Source: Mobula hypostoma (lineage: Eukaryota). Taken from it: a DNA stretch of 64,000 nt. The notes beneath the pieces were generated by a model. The model saw only the letters and a program-made list of their open reading frames with translations. It did no database searches and was not told the DNA's origin. Below are positions 37,081-50,689 of this stretch, piece by piece; the stretch's first letter is position 1, and every line of letters begins with the position of its first letter. The DNA lies in contig NC_086122.1 in NCBI RefSeq assembly GCF_963921235.1, forward strand, positions 33,356,001 to 33,420,000. The letters run 5' to 3'. A program made the translations under genes and the position numbers.

Positions 37081-40000
37081 GAACAGGAAATGAATTCGTT
37101 CCGTAACAATGGATTCAGTCATTCTCTGAAAATTTATATCAAGCTAGCTGGACAGCAGATAGAGTGGCTCAAAGCAAATTATGTATAATGAACTTGAAGC
37201 AAATTCATTATAACCTGAAGCAAGTTATCGTGACTCCACTGTGACCTCACTGGACTGATAATACAGGTAAAGTTTAATCCCTGACATTGAAGCTCAAAGG
37301 AAGACAATAAAAGAAAAAGATTCCTTTGAGGATGCTTACAAAAAATTAATAATGGAAGCTGTATGTTATTTTTTAACTCTGCACATAAAAAATATACAAA
37401 AATATAGTTGGTAAACTTGGAAAAAGTGAAATCAAGCACACAAAAACAATTAATATCACTAAGAAAGGTAAATATGTTCTGTTAAGGTATCATTGTGCAA
37501 AAGTACCATCGGGGGAGTTGGGTTATCTGCGACTGTAGGGCTGGAGACATAGGATCTTTGCGATCTTCAGGCACAGAGCTCGAGAAAAGCGACGTACGGA
37601 CTTTTAACATTGTGAACTAGTGAGTTGTTTGTTATGTCTCCCTGCTCGCTGGGAAAATGGAGACATCTCTTCCTCCCTTATTAGGGAGAGAGAAAACCTG
37701 TGAGATGTCGAATACCGGGTGAAACGCGAAGTCTTTGGGTAACTGCAAGCCTGTGTCTTTGCTTTGCTCACGCTTGCGTGCTTGGTGGCATTGCCGATGT
37801 TTTTTTTTGCAGGTGGGGGGAGGGCAGGGGCTTTGGGGTTCAAACATTTAACTCATTCATTCTTTGGGGCACTCCTCTGTTTGCGTGGATGGTTGCGAAG
37901 AAAAAGCATTTCAGGATGTATACTGTATACATTTCGCTGACATTATTTCTACCTTTGAAACTTTGAAGTAACAAGGAGAAAGAAAATAGGGATCTGTCGT
38001 CCAGCTACCTTGATATCAAATGAGAAAATAATAAAAGTCCGTTGTTAAGAAAGTTATAGTGGTGCACTTTTCAAAACATCACTTGATTAAACAGAGTCAA
38101 CTTAATTATATGAAAGGAGAATATTTTAACTGATTTATTGGAATTCTTTGAGGATATAAGGTAAAGAAAGGAGAGACAAATAATTTATAGTATTTAGATT
38201 TCCACAAAGCGTGCAGTAAGACGTAACATAAAAGCTGCACAAAATAAAGATTTTGTGGGATTGAGGGTAACGTATTAACGTGTACTGAATATTGGTTAAC
38301 AGACAGAAATCAGGAATGAACATCTTCTTGGTAAACTTTAAGTAGTTGACTTCCTCAGGGATCAGTATGGAAATTAGATAGTACTTACAATCAATATTAA
38401 TGACAGATTAAGTGTAAGTATGCTGACAATATAAAGATGAATGCAGAAGTAATCTGTAAGGACATAAAGGAATACAGGCATTTTTAATGAGTGGATAAAA
38501 CTGATGGCTGGCAGAGTATGATGCAGGGAAATTATCCCTTTTGCTGGGAATAGAAATGCCCAAACAACTTAACTGTTTGGAGGCAATACAGAGTTATAAA
38601 CGAAAAGATTCAAAAAGGTTTAAAGGTTCATTTTATTGTCAAAGTGTACATGTACAATACAAGTCTGATACTTGTCTTCTCCACATAGCCATGAAATATA
38701 GAAAGACCATGGGAGTGGTTGAAAGAAAAGACATCAACTCCCCCTCCAGCACGTAAAAGAAAAAGAAACAAAACTGACAAACTTCAAAATTCCCCCACCC
38801 CTCCCCGTCCCCGGAGGAAAAACACGACAATAGCATCAAATCCCCCACCCCCACCCCACAGAAACCCAAGTGACGGTAGCAATCTTTGACCCCCTCACTC
38901 GCAGAAAAAAACAGCGACGATATCAACAAATCCCCAACCCCTCTCCGATAGAAAAACAACAGTGACAGTAACAATCACCAACCCCCCCAACTCACAGAAA
39001 AGAACAGTGACAGTAGCATCAAAACCCCCAACCCTCCCCACACATAAAATACTTACAGATCACCCAGCCGCCAATCAGCTCAAGAAAGAAAATACAGAAA
39101 CGCTGAAGGAGACCGACAGTCCAGTAATCACATCAGTCTCAGAATGTGGAAAACAACTTTCTGTCAGCATACGAGGAGAGCAGCCACACAAACATAGTCC
39201 TTCTGTGAAGATTGACCATGTGGGTCTGAGCGCCACCAACCTGGCTGCTGACCGTTGTCGCCCCAGTGGCCTCCATTGAAGGCTGAGATATTGGCAAGTG
39301 AGCACAGCAAAATATTCACAACGCAAATTGAATGTTGGAGTTTATTAGAAAGAACAAGGTGCATAATAGTAAGGAAATATTGAAAAACCGTAGAGGGCTT
39401 TGGTGAGAACGCACCTAAAATATTACATCATGATCAAAATCAGAATCAGGTTTAATATCACCAGCATATGTCGTGAAATCTGTTGTCTTTGCGACAGCAG
39501 TACATTGCAATACATAATAATAAAAACTGAATTACAGTGAGTAGGGCAAAAATAAAAATAAAAAAGTAGTGAGGTAGTGTTCATAGGTTCAATGTCCATT
39601 CAGAAATCGGGTGGCAGAGGGAAAGAAGCTGCTTTTTGAGGCATTACCTCTTGAAGATGCCCTGGATGCTGGGGAGGCTGGTGCCGACGATGGAGCTGAC
39701 TGAGTTTACAACTTTCTGCAGCTTACTTCAATCCTGTGCATAGCAACACCTCCCCCACCCCACCCCATACCAGATGGAGATGCAGCCAGTTAGAATGCTC
39801 TCCACAGTACGTAGAAAACCTACAGCACAACACAGGCCCTTCGGCCCACAATGCTGTGCCGAATATGTCCCTACCTTAGAACAACCTAGGCTTACCCATA
39901 GCCCTCTATTCTTCTACGCTCCATGTAGCCATCCAGGAGTCTCTGAAAAGACCCTATTGCTTCCACCACCGCCGGCAGCCCATTCCACGCACTCACTACT

Positions 40001-40624
40001 CTCTGTGTAAAAAACTTACCCCTGACATCTCCTCTGTACCTACATCCAAGCACCTCAAAACTACGCCCTCTCGTGCTATCCATTTCAGCCCTGGGGAAAA
40101 GCCTTTGACTATCCACACGATCGATGTCTCTCATTACCTACAGGTACATCTGTAGAAGTTTGCAAGTGCCTTTGGTGACATGCCAAATCTCCTCAAACTC
40201 CTTGGATAAAGATGTACTTGCCCTGAAGATGCTCTAGCGAGTGTTCTCTAGACTGATTCCTAGGACGAAGTGTCATCATTGGAGGAACAATTGAGTACGG
40301 CAGGCCCGTAATCTCTAAATATAGAAGAATTAAGAGGAATTATATTGAAATATATGAGGTTATGCAAGAGCTTGACAGTAAATGTAACTCACAAGCTTCT
40401 GATGCTAATGTACTCAGCTAAGATTGACAATAAATAATACTATTTAGTGAGAAGGGTTGTTTTATTTGTTCAGTTATCTGACATCAGGTAAAATTGTTTA
40501 TGAGTTCACTTCCTTCAAGGTGTTTACAAAACTACATACAGGAAACAATCCTTATCTAATTAGGATGCTTATGTAACTGAGTATGCATGCTTTGCCTGAT
40601 GAAAGTCCTGTGAATGGCGACGTG

Positions 40625-40865
40625 CAGCCTTGGTGCAATGTACGGGGTGGGTGAGAAGTCAATTTACATGACATCAGGTTATCATGATAAGCCACTTCCA
40701 TCTGTCTGATCCGATGCATCACTGAAAAAAAATCTGCTGCTTGCCTGCGCCATAGTAACAAGTTGCATGGCCAATTATCCGCTGAGAGTTTATTTGTCAA
40801 TGAAAGCTGCTTTGCCTCTTGAAGCCAAGGTCACTTTTAGACAATGTGGGGAACTGACTATAAAT
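40625..40865 (+). promoter_or_regulatory. NR0B2 proximal promoter: TATA box and NR5A (LRH-1/SF-1) sites
   Basis: TATAAAT at 40859-40865; CCAAGGTCA at 40825-40833; CAGCCTTGG (reverse complement CCAAGGCTG) at 40625-40633; CCAAT and a forkhead-like GTTTATTTG in between. Confidence 0.7.
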
Positions 40866-41115
40866 AGAGTCAGATATAGCCAGCTCATTCGGTGCTCGTG
40901 GAGGTTAGTGTTCTGAGAGCTGGAGACAAGTATATTTGATCTTCTCTCAGCCAATCCTTCATAGCACATCTATGACAACAATTGCATTGGAGTGTTGCAA
41001 GCTGGGGACTTTAGATTCCAGTTAAAGTCATAACTGTATTGAGCTGCTAATATCATCGCGTAGTGCTATTTGAGTGATAAGTTCAGAGAGACTTCAACTT
41101 GGCAGTGAGGAGGTT

Positions 41116-41644
41116 ATGGCTTGCGTCAGTCTTCTGCTCGATAAATGCCAATGCGTTTCTGGAGTGAGACAGAGTGCAATCTTATATACTATCCTGAGCC
41201 AGCAGAGACACCTGAACTTCTCACATCACAGCTGCTCCTGTGAAACTAGGCGGACTGTTTGTCTGAGAACTCCACAGGTTACCTGTCAGATGGTATCCGA
41301 CGTGCTGGTGAAAACAGTAAGTTTTATGAAGAACCTTCCTTCGTTCCACCACCTTCCCAGAGCAGACCAGTTGCTGTTACTGGAAAACTGCTGGACCCCG
41401 TTGTTTTTGTTGGGATTGGCCCAGGAGAGAGTGAGCTTTGACGTGATAGAGACCCCAGGCCACAGTATGCTGAAGAGAATCCTGCTGAATGGGCAAGGCC
41501 TGATCAAGACTGAGAAAGAGGAAAGGAGGCAGCCAACGCTTGCTGGTGTGCAGAGAGTTAAAATGTGTCTGCACAAGTTGTGGGGCTTGGATCTGAATCC
41601 AACAGAGTATGCATATCTGAAAGGAGCAATCCTCTTCAACCCTG
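41116..41644 (+). CDS. NR0B2: NR0B2 (small heterodimer partner, SHP) exon 1
   Basis: Nuclear-receptor LBD with no DNA-binding domain: AILYTIL, VLVKTVSFMKNLPSF, DQLLLLENCWTPLFLLGLAQ, SMLKRILL, EYAYLKGAILFNP; donor G|GTAACT. Short N-terminus and NUDC/GPATCH3 synteny favour NR0B2 over NR0B1. Confidence 0.95.
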
Positions 41645-43271
41645 GTAACTTAATATTCTTTATTTTTTCTTTATTCTAGTATATGTAATGAACTAAAGGA
41701 ATTGTAATAGTGCCATATTTACACCAAAAATATAGGGATTGTCCGTTGTATTTGGTGCTCCCAATGTGGCCTTGACGTAAATTGGGGGATCACTTTGTCA
41801 AGCACCTCCACTCTCCACCAAAAGTGTAATTTCCCGGTGGACAACCATTTTAATTCCTATCCCCATCCCCATTCCATCATGTCAGTCTGTGGCCTCGTCT
41901 TCTGCCATGATGAGGCCACTGTCAGGTTGGAGCAGCAGCACCTTCTACTCTGTCTATGTAGCCTCCAGCCTGATGGTATGAACATTGATTTCTCTTTATG
42001 GTAATTCCCCCCCCCCTTACCTTTTCTCCTCCCCTGCCTATCGTGTCCCCCCGGTGCCTCTCCTTCTTCCCGTTCTCTCATGGTCTGCACTCCTCTTCGA
42101 TTAGGTTCCTCCTTCTCCAGCCATTTACCTTTCCCACCCACCTGGCTTCACCTATCACCTTCTAGCTTGTCTTCCTTCTCCTCCCCACAGCCTTTTTATT
42201 CTGGTGTCTACCCCCTTCCTTTCCCGTCTTGATAGATGGTCTCGGCATGAAATGTCGACTGTTTATTCATTTTCATAGATGCTGCCTGACCTGCTGAGGT
42301 CCTCCAGCTCTTTGTGTGTGTTTACACAAAATAAATTAGTTTACAGGAGTCCAACAGTAACATTACTGTGACTGGAACATTAGCAGTGGGGTGACATAGT
42401 AGTTAGAGCTATTGTCTCACTGCTTTGGCATCCAGGGCTTGGTTTTATCTGTGTAGAGTTGCTGTGTTCTCCGTGTGAATTTCCATAGGTTTCTTTTCAA
42501 ATCCCAAACGTGTGACAGTAGGTTAACTGGCTAATACAAACTACTCTAGCTGGTGTGGCAAAATCAACATCAACAGGGAGTTGAGTGTGAGTGTGAGAGT
42601 GTGTCAGAGAGAGAAGTTAGTTGCAGGGCGACGGGGAAAGAAATGAGAGGGGATTTGGTTGGGATTGCGTTCTTGAGGGCTGGCACAGATTCAATGGACT
42701 GAACCCTTCTTTGTCGTACTAAGTAAATAATACTGTATGTTAGCAGTAGTTTGAGCTGAAGGTTCACAGTCTGGAGGTACTGTCAACTTTTGTCAAGGAT
42801 ATTGTCAAAAATAATTATGCGTTTTGGGGGGTTGTGTGATTATTTATTAATAATTTCAGATAGTATTTTTTAAAATTCCTATCTTTCGTTGTTCTTCAGT
42901 ATTTCCACCACTTTTGGGGTGTTTGGGTCCTCTGCATTATCAACAGGGCACAACTTAAACTGCCTGATTTTCTGGTTATGAATCCTTACTGTGGTGCCGA
43001 ACCCAAATGAGGATTCAAGTAGGGACTCTGTTTTGGATGTAACCTCTCAGGGTCAAATGGTGTTAAACCTAAAAATGGATTTAATCACTGAGTATCCTGG
43101 AAACAAATTAAATGAATATGATATTCATTTCGGACAGATGAAACAAATTCTAAACCAACTTGAAGGTCAGATCCTTTCAATAAAATGCTCTGATTCTTCA
43201 TAGGCCAGCTGCCTTTAGCTCCATTGCATGGGCTTTGCATCTGATCTTGCTTGTGCTTCTATCTTTTATAG

Positions 43272-43555
43272 ATTTACCTGGACTCCAAGCTCCAGATTAC
43301 ATTGAAAGCCTTCAGCATGAGGCACAGTGTGTACTCCACAAGGTCCTGATGCCTCTTCCTTCCAAGGACAACAGCCGCTTTGCCCACGTTTTAATTACCA
43401 TCTCCGGCCTGAAGACCATCAGTGCTGATCTGATAACAGAACTCTTTTTCAGGCCAGTGATCGGAGCAGCCGACATGAGTGAGCTGCTGCTGGAGATCCT
43501 TTATAACCAGTCAAGCACAGCCACCATCATTACTGCCAATGGACTGTTTGTTTGA
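43272..43555 (+). CDS. NR0B2: NR0B2 exon 2 (DLPGLQ...ELFFRPVIGAADMSELLLEILYNQ...LFV*)
   Basis: Acceptor CTTTTATAG; phase 1 gives Asp; ELFFRPVIG and AF-2-like ELLLEIL; TGA at 43553-43555; AATAAA at 43943-43948. CDS 813 nt = 270 aa. Confidence 0.95.
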
Positions 43556-46500
43556 TTCCCCTGCCTGGCCAAGCCTCTCGGCGCACTCACAGCTCACCCA
43601 CATCACTTGGTCACTCCTACATTATTGCCCTCCTACGACAGCTGCCCACTCGAGCGTCGGTACTCACCCACACCCTCTTCCCACTTATACTTGACTGTTC
43701 TTTCACTGACTAACCTTGCCAAGTGCCCTTCTGTACCTCACTGCTGCTAATGCAGTTCCCGCTTACATCACTCACCCGCCTGCTCCTGCCCTGTTCTATG
43801 TTGAACTACCTCATTACATATCCCTCGCCCACGAAGATCTCACTGCTTGTTCGTAGAGCCACAACCCACCCACACCTTAAGGACCATCCACATTTCCCTT
43901 CCTTTTGCTGCCACCTGCTGTTCCATATTATTTTTTATCATGAATAAAGATATTGTACTTATTTTAAACAGTTTATTTCCTTTACTGAGTCAAAGTTCAA
44001 AGTAACTTTAGTAACCAAGTGCATACAGTATATGTCGCCCTATACGATCCTGAGATTCATTCTTCTGTGGGCATACTCAATAAGTTTATAAAATAATAAT
44101 CATAACAGAATCAATGACAAACCAAGCAACTAGGGGTTCAATCAGAGTTCAGAAGACAAGCTACGCAAATCATAAGAGATAATAATAATAAAAAATAAAT
44201 AAGCAATAAATATCGAACATGAGATGAAGAGTTCTTGACAGAGAGTTCATTGGTTTCGGGGACATCTCAATGTTGGGGCAAGTGAATTTTGGTTGAAGAG
44301 TATGATGGGTGAAGGTTAGGAACAGTTCCTGAACATGGTGGTGCGAGTCCTGAGGCTCCTTTACCTCCTCCTGGATCACAGCAGCGAGAAGAGAGCATGT
44401 CCTGGGTGGTGGGGGTCCCCGATCATGGACGCTGCTTTCCTGCAACGGCGTTTCACGTAGATGTGCTCAATGTCCATACGCTTATTGTCGATTCAAAGTA
44501 ACACACAAGTAGACACTGTAGCCATTTCATTCCAGTTGCACCACAGATATTAGACAATTGCTTAACTCCACATGGGGAGAAGGCAGGAGAATGGGGTTGA
44601 GGAGGATAATAAATCAACCATGATGGAATGGTGGAGCAGACTCGATGGGCCAAATGGCCTAATTCTGCTCCTATGTCTTATGGAATCTAAAGTTCTCTCA
44701 TGCTCATCATTTAGGAAAAGGAATAGACATACAACTTGTTGAATCTAATTGCTTGTCACTTGTCAAAAACTAAATGTAGTATTTCCCATTACCATAGAAA
44801 ATGCTTGGAAAACTCAGCAGGTCAGGCAGCATCTATGAATAGACAACCAATTTTTGAGCCTGTGATCAGAACTCAGAAAAAGAGACACATAATTTAGTTA
44901 AAGTGGGATAGAAAATGAAGGACAGACATGCAGAACAAAGGGACTGGCTTATAGGATGAGTTGTAATGAATTAATGGGGACATTTTGGTGTTCCTCTCTG
45001 CGCCCCGTGGCACATCAGGTGGCAAACTAAGCCGTTTCCTTAGTATTTTGTCTGTTTTTTAGGGACACTCGACCCAGCTAGAAAGTGCGCAAGGAGCTGG
45101 CCGGATTCAAACCTGGGATCGCTTGCCTCAAAGTCCGGTGTGGGTGCCACTACACCACTGGCTGGCAAAATGGGGCGGGGGGGGTGCTTATCGGCCCATC
45201 GAGCTTCTAAGTCTGCACAATGAGTTAATGTTAAGTTGGTGGATCTAGTATGTAGGACAAAAACAAAACGGAAACTGCTAAAAAAAAAAGAGGATCAGGC
45301 ATTCATAGTCATAGTCATACTTTATTGATCCTGAGGGAGATTGGTTTTCATTACAGTTGCACCATAAATAATTAAATAGTAATAAAACCATAAATAGTTA
45401 AATAGTAATATGTAAATTTTGCCAGGAAATAAGTTCAGGACCAGCCTATTGGCTCAGGGTGTCTGACCCTCCAAGGGAGGAGTTGTAAAGTTTGATGGCC
45501 ACAGGCAGGAATGACTTCCTATGACGCTCTGTGTTGCATCTCGGTGGATCTTATGTGGAAAGCATCTGTGGAAAGAGAAACAGTTAATCAATCCTAAGAA
45601 AGAGAGATATAAGTTAGCAGTAAAGTGTTGGTGAGACAGATAATTTATTGTTGATGCGATTGTGGTATACTGAGATGTGCTCAGCAGGCCAGACTGTAGA
45701 CAGGAAGAAAGAAAAAGGAATGGCAAGCAGAAATGCTTCTTATGCAAACAGAAAGAAAGTTATCCAGACTTAAAAGAATTCAATATTAAACTTCGAAGGC
45801 TGCATTGTGCACAGATGGGAGGTGAATTGTTACACTGGGTCACAGAAAGAGAGATCAGTGTGGGAATGGGACAGTGAATTAAAATGTTGGGCAACTGGGA
45901 GCTAAGGGTCATGTCTGTAGTCGGAGTGCAGATGCCCCACAAAGCCATCTCTCAACAATGGGGAGATGGACACCATCTTGAGCATAGAATGCAGTGTACT
46001 AAATTGGAAGAAACCCCAAGTGGAGATTCTTCCAATCTAGTGTGGCTTGGAGGCTTGCGTGCCTTAATGACCCAAAGAGCTATGTTGGCTGGAGTCAGGG
46101 CTTTCTGCTTTGGCTCTTGGTAGGATCACCCACGCCAGACAGGTCAAAGGGTAGAGGCCAGGCTAAGAGTGGTCCACTAGACCTCCAGGTTCAGGGGTTC
46201 AGCTCAGGGCTAACAACCCTCAATAGTAATACAAAATTGTTACAGAAACAGCAATGAAGAATCCGTCTACATCTGAGTGCGACGGTATTCTTGAGTCTCC
46301 TTCCGGGACTTGCATGATTTGACAGTGGTGAGAATCGAGAGGAAGCTACTGACACGATGAAGGAAGCCCCGAACACCGCCAGAGATGGAGGAGCCTCATT
46401 GCTGCCCGAAATGCCAGTGGAATAATGGGCAGTGAGTACGTAAGTAAGATTGGAAGAAGTGCAATTGAATAGTTGCTTACCCTGGAATGTATGTTTAAAA

Positions 46501-48274
46501 TCCTGAGGAGTGGGAAAAAGTAAAAGGACCAGAGTACACCTCCTGTGGTTGCACAGGATAATGCCGTAAAATGTGGAGTGGTAGATAGAAGAGTAGACAA
46601 AGAAGATGTAAAGGAAAGATTAGCTTTATTTTAATTTATTTATTGAGATACAGCATGGAATTGGCCCTTCGAGCCACACAGCCCCAATTTAATCCTAGTC
46701 TAATCATGGGACAATTTACAATAACCAATTAACCTACCAACTGGTACCTCTTTGGGCTGTGGGAGGAAACCGGAGCACCCGGGGAAAACCCATGCACATT
46801 GAAACATGCCGGTGAGATGCGTCATTTGCGTCAAATCAGATCCGCGAGAATTGTTCTGGGGTCAGCCTACAAGTGTCACCACGCTTTAGGCCACAACGCA
46901 GCACACCCACAAGTTACCAACCCTAATCCTAGTTGCATGACTTTGGAATCTGGGAGGAAACCAGAGCACCTGGAGGAACCCCACAAGGATCACGGACAGA
47001 ACTTACAGGCAATGGCGGGAATCGAGAAGCAATCCCTATGAAATGCTGAGAGGGAGGGGAATATGTGTCTCATGGTGGAATCTTGCTGGAGATGGTGGAA
47101 AGTGCAAAAGATGAAAGGTCAAATATAGAGACCAGAGGAAGGTAAACTTACTCCGTAGAAAGTGAGAAGGGGTGAGAGCAGAGAGGTGAGAAACGGAGGT
47201 GTGGCCAAGAGCTCTGTGTAATTTGGTGCTCTGGTAGAGGAGAAGCCGTGGTTAAAGAAGGAAAACGTCTCACAGGCACCTGTGTGGAATGTCTCATTAT
47301 CGGAACAAAAACGATAGAGGAGGAGGAATTGGTGAATGGAACAGAGTCCTTGCGGGAGGTTTCATCAGGACACAAAATAGTCGGCAGATGTTGGGGTCAA
47401 AGCTGCACTCACAACACGCTGGAGGAACTCAGCATGTCGGGTAGCATCCGTGGAAACGATCAGTCAACGTTTCGGGCTGGAACCCTTTGTCAGGACTGTA
47501 GGGAGAAGGGGCAGAGGCCCTATAAAGAAGGTGGGAAGAGGGTGGGAAGGAGAAGGCTGGTAGGTTCCAGGTGAAAAACTAGTAAGGGGAAAGATAAAGG
47601 GGAAGCAGGGAGGTGATAGGCAGGAAAGGTGAAGAAGGAATAGGGGAAAACACAATGGGTAGTAGAAGGAGGCAGAACCATGAGGGAGGTGGTAGGCAGC
47701 TGAGGGAGGGGGCAGAGTGAAATAGGGATAGGGGGAGGGAATTACCAGAAGTTGGAGAATTCTATGTTCATACCAAGGGGCTGGAGACTACCTAGACGGT
47801 ATACGAGGTGTTGCTCCTCCAACCTGAGTTTAGCCTCATCACGGCAGTAGAGGAGGCCATGTATGGCCATATCTGAATGGGAGTGGGAAGCAGAGTTGAA
47901 GTGGGTAGCTACCTGTAGGATCGAGGTAGTTGTGAGAGGTGGTGGGCTTGTAGTGGATGTGGATGCTAGTCTGTCCCCTGGAGATCAAGAGTACTGTATC
48001 AGAAAGGGAAGAGGAAAATGTGAAGGTGAGAAAATTGAGTGGAAAAGTGGAATTTTTGAGTTTTGCATTAATGCAATTCTAATTATCGTCACGTTTCCCC
48101 CCCCCCCCCCGCCGTTTAATTCTGGCATCTTCCCCCTTCTTCCCAGTCCTGAAGGGTCCCGGGCCGAAACGTTGACTGTTTCTTCACTTCCATAGACGCT
48201 GCTGAGTTCCTCCAGCATTTTGTGCGCGTGTTTCCTTGGACTTCCAACATCTGCAGACTTCCTCGTGTTTATAA

Positions 48275-48512
48275 TGTCTTGTAACTTCAAACCTTTCAAC
48301 TATCTCAAAGGAAAACAAGAGCCGAGAGATGCGAGTGTTAGTCTGATCTTTATTTCAAGCGAGGCGCGCACATATCACGTGGTAGCGTCATGACGTATGC
48401 AATTACGTATTTATACATATAACCCGTAATTATATAAACTACAAAGAATGCTTAATCAAACAACATATTTACAAGATGACTTAAATATTACTGTAATATT
48501 AAATACACAACA
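48275..48512 (-). mobile_element. Solo LTR related to the 6595-6818 LTR
   Basis: TG...CA ends; shares ATCACGTGGTAG-GTCATGACG and ATATTAAA-ACACAACA blocks with 6595-6818. Confidence 0.6.
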
Positions 48513-50689
48513 ATTTCCCGTATTTTCTGCTTCTATTTTAGATTTCTAGCATCTGTAGTTTTTGGAATGTTTGTCATATTTCCTCAAACCGAGTTCTTAG
48601 CACAAAACCTTAACTTGATTGTCACTGCTCCCTGCTGATCAAATGTGGACGGTATATTCTACGTGTTTTCTTGCAACCAACTCTTCGAAAGTTTAAAAAG
48701 AGTGCCAATACCCTTGTATACATTGCTGTTTATCAGACCCTTATCTTCAAAGGTTGTCAGATTGTCAGGTCACTGGTCAATCTGGTACCATGCTACTGGT
48801 ACCATGTAACCCAGCACCACCCGTCGCATGGTCCACCACCAGGCTTGTCTGGTGAGGAGGGTGGCTAGACATCCTGCAGGACGAAAAACAAGACCTGTCA
48901 AAGGGCGGATGAACCCTTTCGTAGGGTCAACGGCCATCTAGCAAACACGTGCTGTGAAGCGCGGAAAGGGCATCCCTTGCATCGAAGCTTGGTCTGGCCA
49001 TTCACTGCAACAGAACCTCCCCCAGCTGTCTTGAACCCCACCATGCTGCTGGATCCAGGAGGGGATGTCGAGAGGGTGGGTCTGGACCTGTGCAACCCCC
49101 TACTCACCTAAAATCCATTCACGCACACGCTGTTCCTTTCTGAGGAGCGGGGTACCATCCCACTAACTGACTGAAAGGAAGCATCATCATCCTATGGGAT
49201 GGATAGCCAGAGATCTTCAAAGGGATGTAGGCAGGAAACAGCATTGCAAAGTAGAACCCTTATTTCTAAAGATTCTTCAAAGTTACAAAACATCCCAAGG
49301 CACCTCACAGGCGAGTTATTAAATTAAAAATTAAATTAAATTCAACAACAAATTTGGTCAAAGTATTTTGACGTTATAAGGAGCACTTTAAAGGTGGTGG
49401 CGGTGGTGGTGGTGGGTTGGGAGAGGAGAGAGAGAGAGAGAGAGAGAGATAGATAGATATAGATATATATAAAAGCAGCCAGATTCAGGGAATTAATTAG
49501 TGAGCACACAGGAACAAGGGGGCTGAGGGCACGATCACCAAAAATGGCAAAATTAAAATCGGAGACTTAAAGGCCTGAATTAGAGACGCAGCAAGAAAGT
49601 TACAGAGAGTCAAAGGAAAGAGAAGATGCCAGGCCAACCGGGACTTCAAAATTAGAATGTGAATTTTGAAAACAAAAGATTAATTTGATATTGGCAGAGT
49701 GCAGCACTGGGGAGAATTGATTGCGCAACATTTGAACGTCCCAAGCATGCATGAAATTATGCATTTCCCCTTAAACCCTTTAGTTTATTGTTTCAAATCC
49801 GTGACTCTTTATTTGCCAAATTAATTAATTTCTTCCCAGTTGTTCTATCAAAATTCATGTTAATTCCCTAAACCATAATTGTATTCTGGCAATTCTGCAG
49901 TTTCATCCTCTGGTTTGCCACATCCCCTTTTGGAAATTATTATTATTAATAATAATAATAATTACTTTATTGATCCTGAGTGGGCAATTCTTTCATTACA
50001 ACTGCAACATTTAAAAACACAGAGCAGTGTGCAGACCTAACTAATAATAAAGTGCGGAATAATAATATACACAATAGTAATTTACAATTATAATGCAATA
50101 ATAAAACAGATACTATTGTACTTATGTGAAGCTTAAGCAGTTGTTCAGAGCAATATGCTGTAAACTTGACATAGAACTGAAAACATAGACCAGTACAGCT
50201 CAGGAGCAGGCCCTTCGGCCCACAATGTTGTGCCCAACTAGTTAAGTTAGTAATCAAATGCACACTGAGTGTTTCTTGCAAAATCAAACTAGTTTAACCG
50301 AAGCTGCTTTTTCTATTGTAATTCATTTAGTTTCATGCTTCTGCTTTCAGAAAGCAGTCTCTATACCTGAAGTTTGATCCTCTGTTGAGGGAAAGTCCTG
50401 TTAAGGTAACTGCTAAGCCCCTGGAAACTAAGCCCAATGTGGCAGATCCACCAACTGCAAGGTAAAATGTTTGTTAATTTACTATTTTCTTTACCCTCTT
50501 TGTCTAAAGTGTTATCACAGCTGTTGCCAAAATGTAATTTGGTTTGGATAATATAAATTTTAAAATGTAGAATTTCTTGATGTGCCATTTTTTTTCTTAA
50601 ATGCTGAAGTGCAGTAAGGTTTCAGGTGGAGAAAAGTATCACTGCTGTACTTTGCAACTTTACGCAATTATTTCGCTCGCGTTACAATC

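Noticed and set aside
41074-41115. Upstream GTG start extending SHP (ORF track)
   Set aside because: Non-ATG start; the first in-frame ATG at 41116 has good context (GTTATGG) and gives a normal SHP length.
45221-45235. FXR IR-1 downstream of NR0B2 (GAGTTAATGTTAA)
   Set aside because: Only the first half-site matches; the second half is not TGACCT-like.
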